64,000 nucleotides of DNA from Candidatus Omnitrophota bacterium (GCA_028865345.1 JAGWKL010000006.1:2724-66723), one strand, 5' to 3'. Shown: positions 8,087-18,258, counted from the first letter of the stretch. Notes: generated by a model not told the origin, from the letters alone. Numbers and translations: made by a program.

Positions 8087-10711
8087 ATGTATAGAAAATT
8101 CAGTATCAGTGTTCTTGCCGTATGTTTTTTTCTTTCCAGCGTCAATTTGAGTCTGGCTGCCCAGGCCATGGATGTGGCGCCGGTCGTCCCCGCGCCCGTG
8201 GCCGCGCCGGCGGATGACATCCAATCCCTGAACGAGCAGATGCTTGAGCTTGACCGCCGCAACCGCGACGAAGAGATCGCCATCCAGCAGCTGATCGATC
8301 AAAACGACGAGCTCGCCAAGGCGGCCATGGCCCGACGGCAAAATGAGAAGCTGGCCGCCATCGACCAAACCATGATCGGTTACCGTAACGCGCTTTACGC
8401 GCGCGACCGGGCCCGCATCGCGGCCAACAGTGAAAACCCGTCGCGGTACAACGAACTGATCGCCCTGACGCAGGACATGGACAACTTGACCGTGCACCAT
8501 GATCTGGAGGACAAAAGCAGCTTATTGATCGAGAAATACCAGATGCTCGAGATCCTTAAGGATGAAATGGCGCGGATGAACAAAAAACTTTCTCTCCAGG
8601 AGGGCGCGCCAAACCAGGACCAGCAAAACAAAATCCAGATGCTCGTCCGCAAACTTGGTGAGATGGACCGGCAAATCAGCCGTTTGGACGCCCTTTTGGC
8701 CGTCAAAGACCGGTTGATCGAGCAAAAGCAGCAGCAGGTGGACCTGTTGAAGTCAGAACTTGAAAAGAGGATCACACAGGAGAACCTGGGTCAGACTCCG
8801 CCGGACAACAGCGCCGCTTTGGCCGCGAAGGAAGGGCAGATCGCCCGGTTAAATCAAATGATCCGCCAACAAAAGGACCGGATAGCCATGCTGGAGCAGC
8901 ACGCCAACGCCCCTGTTTCAATCTCGACGGGCGGCATTACGGCCCTGGCGCCCATTGTTGTGAATGATGCCCAGGAGCGCTGGCGCCTGCCGGAGGCGGG
9001 CCAGGCAACGCCGGACAACAGCGCCGTCTTGGCTGCCAAGGACAGGCTGATCCGGGACAAACAGCGGCAGGTGGATTTGTTAAAATCAGAACTTGAGAAC
9101 GTGCTTGCACAGGATAACCGCGGCCAGACCCCGCTACAAGCTGCGCAGACTGAAGACCGGATCACGGATTTGAAAAATAAAATTTTAAGCCAGGCCGCCG
9201 ACCTTAAGGCCAAGGATGGCACCATCCACTGGTTGAAAAAGGTCTTGGGCGTAGCCGAAAACAAGGCGGAATATTACCGGCTGACCTCTCAGCAGGACCA
9301 GGAAGCCCGCCGTAGCGCTGCAGCAGGGGTTGAGGAGCGTTTCAAGCTGGTCAGGCAGTTGATCGCATTACAGCAGCAACAGGCCTCCTTATTGGAAGAA
9401 AAGAGCACCCTCGAGCAGGAGCAAACCGCCGCTTTTGACCGGCGATTCAAGGTTTTCGAGAATAAAATCATGGCGTTATTGGCCAGCCATCGAGTCATGG
9501 CCCTGGACTGGGAAACCCGTATGCAGGGTTTGCAGGAAATACTCAAACAAAAACAAACACAGGTGGCATCATTAAAGGCGGATTTGGAAGGCAAGATCGC
9601 CCAGGAAAAGAATCAGGGCCTGCTCGTGGAGCAGGTGCAGGATCTGACCGCCAGGCTTAAGGACAAGGAAGCGCAGATAGCCGCTATGCAGGCCCAACTC
9701 CAGCAGGGGGCGGCGGCCGGCCTCGAGGCGGACACTTTAAAGCAACAATTGGCCTCAGCACAAGATGCGGCTGACCAGTTAAAGGGGCAGCTCGACGCTA
9801 AAACAGCCGAGTCCGATCATATGGCCATGCTGATGGCCGATTACCGCAAGAAACTGGAGTCCAGCAACAATGCCTTCAATCAACAGCTTAAGCAGGTGCT
9901 GGTCTTAAATAATTATAAGGCCGAGATGGAAAAAGAAATCGAGGCCCTCAATCTCCGCCTGCAACAGAAAGAGGCCCGGGTCGCCCAAGTCAAACAACAA
10001 ATGTACGATTTACAAAATGCAATGAATGCCAAGGACATGAACATCCAGGCCAAAGACTTAAGCATGGCCATGGTTGAGCACAAGAGGATGAATGATAAGA
10101 TCAATGAATACCAGGACAAAATAGACCAGTTGCAGGCCACCAACGTCAGGGAGCTCAAGGAGATATCACAATTGAGGGGAGAGCTGGACATGGTTCGTCA
10201 AAAGACGGGAGGCCAGGCATCGAGCGACGAGCTGGATTTCCTGAGGGCGGGCCTTAAGAAAGCCACCGGCGAACTGGACCAAAAAAATCAAATGCTCGCG
10301 GAAATCAAGGCCCATGCCGCCGAGTATGAAAAAGATTTCGAAGAACAGTCGGCCGGATTCCAGACCCTGAAGGCCCAGCTGCAGGAAGCTCTGCTGGAAA
10401 TTCACCACAAGAATGAAGATTTGAAATACGACGGCATGGCCATCGCCCGCCTCAAATCCGTTTTGGATAAAGCGGATAAAAGCAAGGCAGGCAGGCTTCA
10501 GGAGCAATTGATGAACGCCGAGCAGAACATCAGGGACCTCCAGGCCCAGGTGGACCGCCTGGAATCGTCTTCCAGAAACGATGTAGCCGTACGAAAGATG
10601 GAACAGGCCGTGAATAAAATCGATGAACAGGGCCGCATCATCAATCTTTTGACCCGGAGATTGCAGGCCTGCGGGCAGAACGTGAATCTTACCAAGGAGA
10701 TCAGGGAATAA
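8087..10711 (+). CDS. Large secreted coiled-coil protein with internal repeats
   Basis: Signal peptide; Q/E/K/L/A heptads throughout; duplicated PDNSA.LAAK and QVDLLKSELE..GQTP. Confidence 0.8.
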   Translation: MYRKFSISVLAVCFFLSSVNLSLAAQAMDVAPVVPAPVAAPADDIQSLNEQMLELDRRNRDEEIAIQQLIDQNDELAKAAMARRQNEKLAAIDQTMIGYRNALYARDRARIAANSENPSRYNELIALTQDMDNLTVHHDLEDKSSLLIEKYQMLEILKDEMARMNKKLSLQEGAPNQDQQNKIQMLVRKLGEMDRQISRLDALLAVKDRLIEQKQQQVDLLKSELEKRITQENLGQTPPDNSAALAAKEGQIARLNQMIRQQKDRIAMLEQHANAPVSISTGGITALAPIVVNDAQERWRLPEAGQATPDNSAVLAAKDRLIRDKQRQVDLLKSELENVLAQDNRGQTPLQAAQTEDRITDLKNKILSQAADLKAKDGTIHWLKKVLGVAENKAEYYRLTSQQDQEARRSAAAGVEERFKLVRQLIALQQQQASLLEEKSTLEQEQTAAFDRRFKVFENKIMALLASHRVMALDWETRMQGLQEILKQKQTQVASLKADLEGKIAQEKNQGLLVEQVQDLTARLKDKEAQIAAMQAQLQQGAAAGLEADTLKQQLASAQDAADQLKGQLDAKTAESDHMAMLMADYRKKLESSNNAFNQQLKQVLVLNNYKAEMEKEIEALNLRLQQKEARVAQVKQQMYDLQNAMNAKDMNIQAKDLSMAMVEHKRMNDKINEYQDKIDQLQATNVRELKEISQLRGELDMVRQKTGGQASSDELDFLRAGLKKATGELDQKNQMLAEIKAHAAEYEKDFEEQSAGFQTLKAQLQEALLEIHHKNEDLKYDGMAIARLKSVLDKADKSKAGRLQEQLMNAEQNIRDLQAQVDRLESSSRNDVAVRKMEQAVNKIDEQGRIINLLTRRLQACGQNVNLTKEIRE

Positions 10712-10717
10712 TTATTT

Positions 10718-11080
10718 CTAAGCAGGGACGAGGGCCTTGATTTTTTCCAAAAGGTCCTGGGCTTTGAGAGGCTTGAGAAGGTAGGCTTTGGCCCCGTAGC
10801 GCTTGAATAACGGTTCGGTTTGTGCCATGGAGGTAAGGACAATGACCGGTATTTTGGCCGTTGCGGGGTTGCTTGTTTTACGCCGGATGAAACCATATCC
10901 GTCCAGGTTGGGCATCTGGACATCCAATAAAATCAGGTCCGGGATTTTTTGCTGAAGGACGGCCAACGCCTGCACCCCGTCGCCGGCGACCATGACCTCA
11001 TAGCCGTTGGCCTGCAGCACCCGGTGGACGAGTTCCTGCGAAACACGATCGTCATCAATGACTAAAATGCATTTGGACAT
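10718..11080 (-). CDS. Single-domain response regulator (CheY-like receiver)
   Basis: ILVIDDD, DLILLDVQMP.LDG, LT, YLLKP. Confidence 0.93.
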   Translation of the reverse strand: MSKCILVIDDDRVSQELVHRVLQANGYEVMVAGDGVQALAVLQQKIPDLILLDVQMPNLDGYGFIRRKTSNPATAKIPVIVLTSMAQTEPLFKRYGAKAYLLKPLKAQDLLEKIKALVPA

Positions 11081-11178
11081 TTGTTTTTTAACTCCGGTTG
11101 AATGTTTTTATCTTTTAATAAATCGGGGCGTTTGTCAATGAGTTTTTAGACTAAAAAAATATTCCGGCTGCTAAGCTC

Positions 11179-12705
11179 CTAAAAAGCCGTCCTGTCCAGG
11201 CTTCTGTAACCCACCGCCTCGGCGATGTGCCCGGGCTGGATGTCCTCGCTACCGGCCAGGTCGCTGACAGTTCTGGCCACCTTCAGGACTTTGTCATGCG
11301 CGCGGGCGGAGAGTTTTAATTCTTCCATCACTGTGAGCAATACATCTTTGGCTTCCTTGGACAACCTGCAGAACTGGCGCAGATGCGGGGTTTCCATATG
11401 GGCATTGCAGAATACGGGCAGGCCTTTGAACCTTTGCCATTGAATTTGTCTGGCCTTTGTCGTGCGTTCCTTGATGGCACAGGAAGGTTCCTCGGCCTTT
11501 GCCTCGACCAGATCGCGGGTTTTTAAAGGCAGGGCATGCAAATGGATGTCGATCCTGTCGAGGATGGGGCCGGACATTTTCTGGCGGTAGCGTTCGACTT
11601 GCAGGGAAGAGCACCTGCAGATTTTTCCTTCCACCCCGTAAAATCCGCAATTGCAGGGGTTCATGGCCGCGATAAGCATGAAACGGCTGGGAAAGCGCAG
11701 GCATGCCCTGGCCCGGGCAATGGTGACATGGCCGTCTTCCAGGGGTTGGCGCAAAACTTCCAGCACATGGCGGCTGAATTCAAGGAACTCATCCAGAAAC
11801 AGGACCCCATTGTGGGCCAGGGTGACCTCTCCCGGACGGGGTCCGGCGCCGCCGCCGATGATCGACACATCGGAAGCGGTATGATGGGGCGCACGGAAAG
11901 GCCGCTGCGTGATGATGCCTTCGGCATTTTTAAGCAGTCCGGCTACAGAATGGATTTGGGTGGTTTGCAGCATTTCCGCCGGTTTCATGTCAGGAAGGAT
12001 GGCGGGTACGCGTTTGGCCAGCATGGTCTTGCCGCTGCCGGGAGCGCCGATAAGGATCACATTGTGCCCGCCGGCGGCGGCCACTTCCAGGCCGCGCTTA
12101 ATGTATTGCTGCCCTTTGACTTCGCTGAAATCCAATGGATTGGGCCCAGGCCCTTTGAGCAGCTGCTCAAAATCCGTTTTTACCGGCGTCAGCGTCCGGG
12201 GATCCGTCAGGAAATTCATCACCTCATTTAAATGTTTTGCCGGGTAGACCGAACAGCCGGCCAGGGCCGCTTCCCTGGCGTTTTCAAAAGGGACGATGAG
12301 GCCTTTATAATTTCCGTAAGCCGCGGCCATGGCAATGGACAAAGCTCCCTGGATGGATTGAATGCGCCCGTCCAGGGAAAGTTCGCCCAAGAACGCGTAA
12401 GGGCTTAAGGAAGCAAGGGGTATCAATTCCTGCGCCGCCAAGACGCCCAGGGCAATGGCAAGATCATAATGAGGCCCTTGCTTTTTGGTGTCCGCGGGCG
12501 CTAAATTGATGGTGATCCGCTGGGCCGGGAATTCAAAGCCGCTGTTTTTGATGGCGGCGCGGATGCGCTCACGGCTTTCTTTGACGGCATTGTCCGGCAG
12601 GCCGACGACGGTGATGTTGGGCAGACCACAGCTGATGTCCACTTCAATGGCGACAGGATAAGCTTCCAGGCCGCAGAGGCCGAACGACGCAATTCGGGCC
12701 AGCAT
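11179..12705 (-). CDS. comM: YifB/ComM family Mg-chelatase-like AAA+ ATPase
   Basis: VGLPDNAVKESRER, NLAPAD, GAPGSGKT, PFRAPHH, LAHNGVLFLDE, AAMNPC.CG. Confidence 0.92.
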   Translation of the reverse strand: MLARIASFGLCGLEAYPVAIEVDISCGLPNITVVGLPDNAVKESRERIRAAIKNSGFEFPAQRITINLAPADTKKQGPHYDLAIALGVLAAQELIPLASLSPYAFLGELSLDGRIQSIQGALSIAMAAAYGNYKGLIVPFENAREAALAGCSVYPAKHLNEVMNFLTDPRTLTPVKTDFEQLLKGPGPNPLDFSEVKGQQYIKRGLEVAAAGGHNVILIGAPGSGKTMLAKRVPAILPDMKPAEMLQTTQIHSVAGLLKNAEGIITQRPFRAPHHTASDVSIIGGGAGPRPGEVTLAHNGVLFLDEFLEFSRHVLEVLRQPLEDGHVTIARARACLRFPSRFMLIAAMNPCNCGFYGVEGKICRCSSLQVERYRQKMSGPILDRIDIHLHALPLKTRDLVEAKAEEPSCAIKERTTKARQIQWQRFKGLPVFCNAHMETPHLRQFCRLSKEAKDVLLTVMEELKLSARAHDKVLKVARTVSDLAGSEDIQPGHIAEAVGYRSLDRTAF

Positions 12706-12878
12706 AGGGAGAACCAGAGGAAGGGGGAAGTTGAATTTTGACTTCAAGCGGCATGGGGGCTTTGGGGGGACACCGAAGCTTCATTTGCATTTTTGCCGCA
12801 GCAAGATATAATGTAAGCCTAACATAGGGAAAAATACCTTGTCAAGCACCAAACGTTTAAGGCGCCTTAAAGCATTTC

Positions 12879-13340
12879 ATGTCTGGTTTATATCCACATT
12901 CGTTTTTTCCGGAAATTTTTCATAACCGGATCTTTTTGACGACCACGGTTGTTTGGGTCCTGGCCCAGACGATCAAGGTTTTCCTCGGGGTCCTCAGGGA
13001 AAAAAGGTTTAACTTCCGATGGTTTATCGGTACCGGCGGCATGCCTTCCAGCCACGCGGCCGGGGCCTCGTCGCTGGCTACGTCGGTGGGGCTGGAGTAC
13101 GGCTTTAACTCGCCCCTTTTTGCAGTGGCCGCGGTGTTTGCCCTGGTGACCATGTTTGACGCCCAGGGGGTTCGCCGGGCCACCGGTTATCAGGCCACCA
13201 TCCTGAACAAGATGATGGATGACATTTATTGGAAGGGCCAGATCGAGGAAGAAAAACTTAAGGAACTGGTGGGGCACACGCCCATCGAAGTTCTGGCAGG
13301 GTTTGCTTTCGGCGTTATCTGTGCTATGATTCTGTACTAA
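12879..13340 (+). CDS. Divergent PAP2 family membrane protein (DUF212/YuiD-like)
   Basis: GGMPSSH, MFDAQGVRR..G.QA..LN, LKELVGHTP.EV. Confidence 0.9.
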   Translation: MSGLYPHSFFPEIFHNRIFLTTTVVWVLAQTIKVFLGVLREKRFNFRWFIGTGGMPSSHAAGASSLATSVGLEYGFNSPLFAVAAVFALVTMFDAQGVRRATGYQATILNKMMDDIYWKGQIEEEKLKELVGHTPIEVLAGFAFGVICAMILY

Positions 13341-13356
13341 TGATGGAGGATTATTT

Positions 13357-14181
13357 ATGAACCAGAAAATTTTAATCGGCCTGATCGTGGGCCTTGTATT
13401 GGCGGCAGGAGCTTTCGCCGTTATTCATCACCACAACTCGGCAGCCGCTTCCCAGGAGTCGGCGGGGACCAGCGTCCCCGTCAACCAGCTTTTGACCCAG
13501 GCCGCCCAGTATGAGGCCCAGGGGAATTTATTGGGGGCCAAGCAAGATTACGACCAGATCATCAATAATTACCCGGACTATGACAAGATCCAGGATGTGC
13601 AGGACAAGCTGGGCGTGTTGAACATTAAGCTTATTTTTTCGCCGGCCCAAATCCCGTCGGACACCATATCCTATGAAGTCGTCCCCGGAGATTCCTTAGG
13701 GAAGCTTGCCGCCAAATACCATACGACGGTGCAGCTGATCAAAAGGGCCAACGGCTTGACCAGCGATGTGATACGCGCCGGCGAAATGCTGCGCATATGG
13801 ACGGCGCCTTTCACGGTGCTCGTCAACAAGTCGCAGAACGTGTTGTTCCTGAAGTCCGGGGGGGAAGTGCTCAAGATCTACCGCGTGTCGACGGGCAAAG
13901 ACAACACGACGCCGGTGGGCACCTTCAAGATCGCCACCAAGATAGAAAATCCGGTGTGGTTCAGGCCCAACGGAGCCCCCGTCCCCGCCGAAAGCCCCCA
14001 GAACGAATTGGGCACCCGGTGGATGGGGTTTAATGACCCGCATTACGGCCTTCACGGCACCATCCATCCCGACGAAGTCGGCCAGCAGGCAACGGAAGGC
14101 TGCGTGCGGATGGACAACAAGGATGTTGAAGAGCTTTTTGACATCCTTCCCGTCGGTACGGAAGTGGACATCCAGAATTAG
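13357..14181 (+). CDS. LysM-containing L,D-transpeptidase (YkuD family) with TPR-like segment
   Basis: TM anchor; LysM YEVVPGDSLGKLA; YGLHGT...TEGCVRM catalytic His/Cys. Confidence 0.9.
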   Translation: MNQKILIGLIVGLVLAAGAFAVIHHHNSAAASQESAGTSVPVNQLLTQAAQYEAQGNLLGAKQDYDQIINNYPDYDKIQDVQDKLGVLNIKLIFSPAQIPSDTISYEVVPGDSLGKLAAKYHTTVQLIKRANGLTSDVIRAGEMLRIWTAPFTVLVNKSQNVLFLKSGGEVLKIYRVSTGKDNTTPVGTFKIATKIENPVWFRPNGAPVPAESPQNELGTRWMGFNDPHYGLHGTIHPDEVGQQATEGCVRMDNKDVEELFDILPVGTEVDIQN

Positions 14182-14191
14182 GTAAACATTT

Positions 14192-15142
14192 ATGGCCACC
14201 CTCGATTTTGAAAAGCCCATCCTCGATCTGGAACATAAAATTGATGATTTGCGCCAGATGGGTTCCAAGCGCGTGACGCTCGAGCCGGAGATCAAGCGCC
14301 TGGAAGCCAAACTCGAGAAGCTCAAAAACGATGTCTACAAGAACATGACGCCCTGGCAGCGGGTGCAGATCGCCCGCCACCCCAAACGTCCTTATACGCT
14401 GGATTACATCCGCATGATGACCGATGAATTTTTGGAACTCCACGGGGACAGGCTTTATGCCGATGATGCGGCCATGATCGGCGGATTTGCAGTCATCGAC
14501 GGCCATAAGGTGATGATCGTCGGCCACCAAAAGGGCAGGGACGTCAAGGAAAACGTCATGCGTAATTTCGGCTGCGCCCACCCGGAAGGGTACCGCAAGG
14601 CGATCAGGCTGATGCGCCTGGCCGCCAAATTCCGGGTGCCGGTCGTATGCCTCATCGATACGCCCGGGGCTTATCCGGGCATCGGGGCCGAAGAGCGCGG
14701 CCAGGCCCAGGCCATCGCGGAAAATCTGCGCGATATGATGGGCCTTGCCACGACCGTCATTGCCGTCATCATCGGCGAAGGCGGCAGCGGCGGCGCTCTG
14801 GGAATAGGGGTGGCCGACCATGTCTTGATCTTGCAGCACGCGTATTATTCCGTGATTTCCCCGGAGGGCTGCGCCTCCATTCTTTGGCGCAGCTCTTTAA
14901 AAGCGCCGCTGGCCGCGGAAGCGCTGAAACTGCATGGGGAAGATTTGATCAAATTCAATATCGTGGATGAGATCATCCCCGAGCCTTTGGGAGGAGCCCA
15001 CCGGGACCCTCAGGGGGCGGCCGATTCCCTTAAAGCGGCGCTCCTGAAACTCATTAAGAAATCTTCCAGCGCCTCCCCTCAGGAACTCCTGGACGCCCGT
15101 TACCAAAAATACCGCCGGATCGGCGAATTCATCGAAAAATAA
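14192..15142 (+). CDS. accA: Acetyl-CoA carboxylase carboxyltransferase alpha subunit
   Basis: LDFEKPI, ELHGDR, PEGYRKA.RLM, IDTPGAYPG, GEGGSGGALG. Confidence 0.97.
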   Translation: MATLDFEKPILDLEHKIDDLRQMGSKRVTLEPEIKRLEAKLEKLKNDVYKNMTPWQRVQIARHPKRPYTLDYIRMMTDEFLELHGDRLYADDAAMIGGFAVIDGHKVMIVGHQKGRDVKENVMRNFGCAHPEGYRKAIRLMRLAAKFRVPVVCLIDTPGAYPGIGAEERGQAQAIAENLRDMMGLATTVIAVIIGEGGSGGALGIGVADHVLILQHAYYSVISPEGCASILWRSSLKAPLAAEALKLHGEDLIKFNIVDEIIPEPLGGAHRDPQGAADSLKAALLKLIKKSSSASPQELLDARYQKYRRIGEFIEK

Positions 15143-16176
15143 TGATAAGCGATATTCGTGAGCTGTCTTTTGACGAGTTGTCCCGTTATTTTGGATCCAT
15201 CGGCGAGAAAACTTTCCGCGCCCAACAGGTGGCTGAATGGATTTACCAAAAGGGCGTCTGGTCATTTGATGGGATGACCAACCTGCCCAGACCGCTCCTG
15301 GAGAAGCTCAAGCGGGATTTTGAACTTAAAGCCAATGCCATCGCCGCAAAGCAGGTTTCCCGGGAAGGCACGACCAAGTTTTTATTTGACCTCCATGACC
15401 ATGAGAAAATTGAAAGTGTTTTGATACCGACGGCAACACGGACAACGGCCTGTATTTCTTCCCAGGCGGGATGTAAATTCGGCTGCAAATTTTGCGCCAG
15501 CGGCATCGGAGGATGGTCGAGGAATTTAACCTGCGCTGAAATCGTCACCCAGGTCCTGCATGTCAAAGAAGAGGCCTTAAAGCATAAGAGACCGTTAACC
15601 AATATCGTTTTTATGGGAACGGGCGAGAATTTTGATAACTACGATAATTTAATGAAGGCCATCCGCATCATCAATTCGGATAAAGGCATGAACATAGGCG
15701 CCAGGCACATCACCATTTCGACGGTCGGCGTTGTGCCTAAAATCAGGGAGTTGGCCCAGGAGGGGTTGCAGGTGGAATTGGCCATTTCCCTGCACGGGTA
15801 TGATAATGCGTCGAGAAATGTGCTCATGCCGGTCAATAAAAAATATCCCTTCGATGAACTGATCGCCGCCTGCCGCGAATATGTCCGACTGACCAAACGG
15901 CAGATCACGTTTGAATACATTCTTATCAAGAACGTGACTTGTACGGAGAATGCCGTACAAAATCTTAAAAAGGCTTTCAAGGGCCTGATTTGCAAAATGA
16001 ATCTTATTCCCTACAACCCCGTCTCCGAATTTGATCACAAAACTCCTTCCAAAGAAGAAATGGCTGACTTTAGAGACCGTTTGGAGGAAGCGGGAATTCA
16101 CGCCACCATCCGTACGCCCCGCGGCAAAGATGTCAATGCCGCCTGCGGGCAGTTAAGGCACCAGGCGGATCAATAA
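15142..16176 (+). CDS. rlmN: Radical SAM rRNA/tRNA methyltransferase RlmN
   Basis: CISSQAGCKFGCKFC, FMGTGE, C-terminal AACGQL. Confidence 0.95.
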   Translation: MISDIRELSFDELSRYFGSIGEKTFRAQQVAEWIYQKGVWSFDGMTNLPRPLLEKLKRDFELKANAIAAKQVSREGTTKFLFDLHDHEKIESVLIPTATRTTACISSQAGCKFGCKFCASGIGGWSRNLTCAEIVTQVLHVKEEALKHKRPLTNIVFMGTGENFDNYDNLMKAIRIINSDKGMNIGARHITISTVGVVPKIRELAQEGLQVELAISLHGYDNASRNVLMPVNKKYPFDELIAACREYVRLTKRQITFEYILIKNVTCTENAVQNLKKAFKGLICKMNLIPYNPVSEFDHKTPSKEEMADFRDRLEEAGIHATIRTPRGKDVNAACGQLRHQADQ

Positions 16177-16178
16177 CA

Positions 16179-16730
16179 TTATTGGGACGTGGAATTTTGC
16201 TGCTGTTGCTGGCCGGCCATCTGTTTGATCAATTCCTGCATGTGAGGATTATTCATCAACTGTTGAATGGCGGGATTGTTGGCCAGGGCCTGGTAATCAT
16301 GGCTGGTGACGGCCTGCATGACGGCAGGGTCCTGGAGCGCCTGTGCGATTTGAGGGTCTTGCGCCATTTGCATGATGATCTGCATGTCCTGGGGATTGGA
16401 CATCAACTGCTGCTGGGTGTTCGCGAGCCGCTGGTCAAAGGACGAGCCTTGAGAAGCGCCGGAGGACGCCGCGGGAGCGGCAGTACCCGCAGGCAACGTG
16501 CCGGCGGCTGCACTGCCGTTGGTGATGCTGGCCACGTCGCCGGCGGCCACATGAACGTCGCCGATGATCGGCGTTTTAATGACGTAAACGCCGTTATCGA
16601 TCCCTGAAAGAACACCTTTGATCTGTGAACCATCCTTGAGGGTGATGACCTGCTGGGCGTCATCGGCCCAAGACAAAGCGCTGACGGGCATGGCGAAAAG
16701 AGCAAGGATCAGAATATATTTAAACTGCAT
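16179..16730 (-). CDS. Secreted protein: N-terminal beta module plus STI1-like Met/Gln-rich NP/DP repeats
   Basis: Signal peptide SWA|D; VITLKDGSQIKG; LMSNPQ..MAQDPQ..LQDPA..LANNPA..LMNNPH. Confidence 0.7.
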   Translation of the reverse strand: MQFKYILILALFAMPVSALSWADDAQQVITLKDGSQIKGVLSGIDNGVYVIKTPIIGDVHVAAGDVASITNGSAAAGTLPAGTAAPAASSGASQGSSFDQRLANTQQQLMSNPQDMQIIMQMAQDPQIAQALQDPAVMQAVTSHDYQALANNPAIQQLMNNPHMQELIKQMAGQQQQQNSTSQ

Positions 16731-16813
16731 AGTCGAAGTGTAACATCTATTGGTGCTCTTGGCAATGGGAAAACTCCCTGCTTCCCGGGAGAGTTGAAGG
16801 AGTATTGAAGGTT

Positions 16814-16842
16814 TTGACAAAAAGCGGCCGGGATGTTATATT
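16814..16842 (+). promoter_or_regulatory. Sigma70 promoter for the tRNA pair
   Basis: TTGACA 16814-16819, 17 nt, TG-N-TATATT 16837-16842. Confidence 0.75.
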
Positions 16843-16879
16843 GGCTTCTTCTTTGCAGGCTTGGATCTGGCCGAGGTTT

Positions 16880-16954
16880 GGGGCTGTAGCTCAGTTTTGG
16901 GAGAGCGCTTCAATGGCATTGAAGAGGTCAGGGGTTCAATCCCCCTCAGCTCCA
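16880..16954 (+). tRNA. tRNA-Ala(GGC), CCA not encoded
   Basis: Acceptor GGGGCTG/CAGCTCC with G3:U70, anticodon stem CTTCA/TGAAG around GGC, GGTTCAATCC T-arm. Confidence 0.96.
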
Positions 16955-16964
16955 CTTTTATTTT

Positions 16965-17048
16965 GCCAAGGTGGCGGAACTGGTATACGCGCTGGTCTCA
17001 AAAACCAGTGGTCTCACGGCCGTGTGGGTTCAACTCCCACCCTTGGCA
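16965..17048 (+). tRNA. tRNA-Leu(CAA), CCA not encoded
   Basis: Acceptor GCCAAGG/CCTTGGC, anticodon stem CTGGT/ACCAG around CAA, long variable arm. Confidence 0.96.
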
Positions 17049-17054
17049 CTTTCC

Positions 17055-17088
17055 ATTGTAAACCCCTAAAGTCATCGTAGTTGACAAT
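17055..17088. promoter_or_regulatory. BirA (biotin repressor) operator
   Basis: ATTGTAAAC-N16-GTTGACAAT fits the wwTGTwAAC-N14..16-GTTwACAww BirA palindrome; upstream of an operon containing HTH-bearing birA and bio genes. Confidence 0.8.
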
Positions 17089-17109
17089 CCTTTCCGCCTC
17101 GTCTATCAT
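17081..17109 (+). promoter_or_regulatory. Sigma70 promoter of the iscS-bio operon; -35 lies inside the BirA site
   Basis: TTGACA 17081-17086, 17 nt, TATCAT 17104-17109; ATG at 17119, so near-leaderless. Confidence 0.7.
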
Positions 17110-17118
17110 GGTCTTCTT

Positions 17119-18258
17119 ATGCCGTTGATTTATTTAGACCATGCATCCACCACACCCTGCGACCCCCGTGTCTTCGAGGCCATGCGTCCTTTTTTCTTTG
17201 AGCAGGGCGGCAATCCCGCAAGCCCTCACCAGTCCGGCCGCTGGGCGCGCCGCGCCGTTGAAGAGGCCCGGGAAACCCTGGCAGGCTTCATAGAGGCCCA
17301 AGGCACGGAGATCATTTTTACCGGCGGAGCCAGCGAATCCAATAATCAGGCCGTTTTTTCAACGGCCGCTGGCCTTAAGGGTAGGGGCAGGCATATCGTT
17401 GCCTCGGCCATTGAACACCATTCGGTCCTGGAGCCTCTGCGGCGGCTTAAGCGCGAGGGGTTTGAGGTGAGTTTAATCAAGCCCCGTGCCGACGGGATCA
17501 CGGCGTACGAGGACATCAAATCCGTTTTAAGGACGGACACCATTTTGGTTTGTCTGGTGCATGCCAACAATGAGATCGGCACCCTGCAGCCCGTCGAAGC
17601 AACGGGACGTTTGTGCCGCGAACGCGGCATTCATTTCCTGGTGGATGCGACCCAGACCGTCGGGCACATTCCTGTCAACGTCAAGGACATTTCCTGCGAT
17701 TTCCTTTCCCTTTCCGCGCATAAATTTTATGGCCCCAAAGGTGTCGGGGCTTTGTATGTCCGCCAGGGGATCGAATGCTCCGCCCTTATTTTGGGGGGAG
17801 ACCAGGAACGCGGGCGGCGGGCGGGGACATTGAACACGGCGGGGATCGCGGGTTTGGGCCAGGCGCTGAAACTTTGCGGAGAAGAGATGTCCACTGAGGC
17901 ATCAAGAGAATCAGATTTGCGTGACAGGGTCATTGATGTTGTTTTAAAGGAAATTCCCGCGGCCATTCTCAACGGCCACCGGAACAAGCGCCTGCCCAAT
18001 AACGCGCATTTTTGTTTTGACGGTGTCAACGGCGAGGAATTGGTCAGCGCTCTGGACATGGCGGGGGTGGCCGTGTCCATGGGATCGGCGTGCACGTGGG
18101 GGAGGCTGGAACCTTCGCATGTGCTGAAAGCCTTGGGGCTGGACGACCGCATGGCCTTAGGATCGCTGCGTGTCACCGTGGGACGCCGGACAACTTCAGA
18201 AGATATCGAATATTTCTTGAAACAGTTGAAATTAAAAGCGGAAAAGCTGCGGTCATGA
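17119..18258 (+). CDS. iscS: Cysteine desulfurase (IscS/NifS group I)
   Basis: IYLDHASTTP, IEHHSV, NNEIGT, SAHKFYGPKG (PLP Lys), GSAC catalytic Cys. Confidence 0.92.
   Translation: MPLIYLDHASTTPCDPRVFEAMRPFFFEQGGNPASPHQSGRWARRAVEEARETLAGFIEAQGTEIIFTGGASESNNQAVFSTAAGLKGRGRHIVASAIEHHSVLEPLRRLKREGFEVSLIKPRADGITAYEDIKSVLRTDTILVCLVHANNEIGTLQPVEATGRLCRERGIHFLVDATQTVGHIPVNVKDISCDFLSLSAHKFYGPKGVGALYVRQGIECSALILGGDQERGRRAGTLNTAGIAGLGQALKLCGEEMSTEASRESDLRDRVIDVVLKEIPAAILNGHRNKRLPNNAHFCFDGVNGEELVSALDMAGVAVSMGSACTWGRLEPSHVLKALGLDDRMALGSLRVTVGRRTTSEDIEYFLKQLKLKAEKLRS

Noticed and set aside
8087-10711. SMC or chromosome segregation protein
   Set aside because: No Walker A/B or hinge motifs; it has a signal peptide
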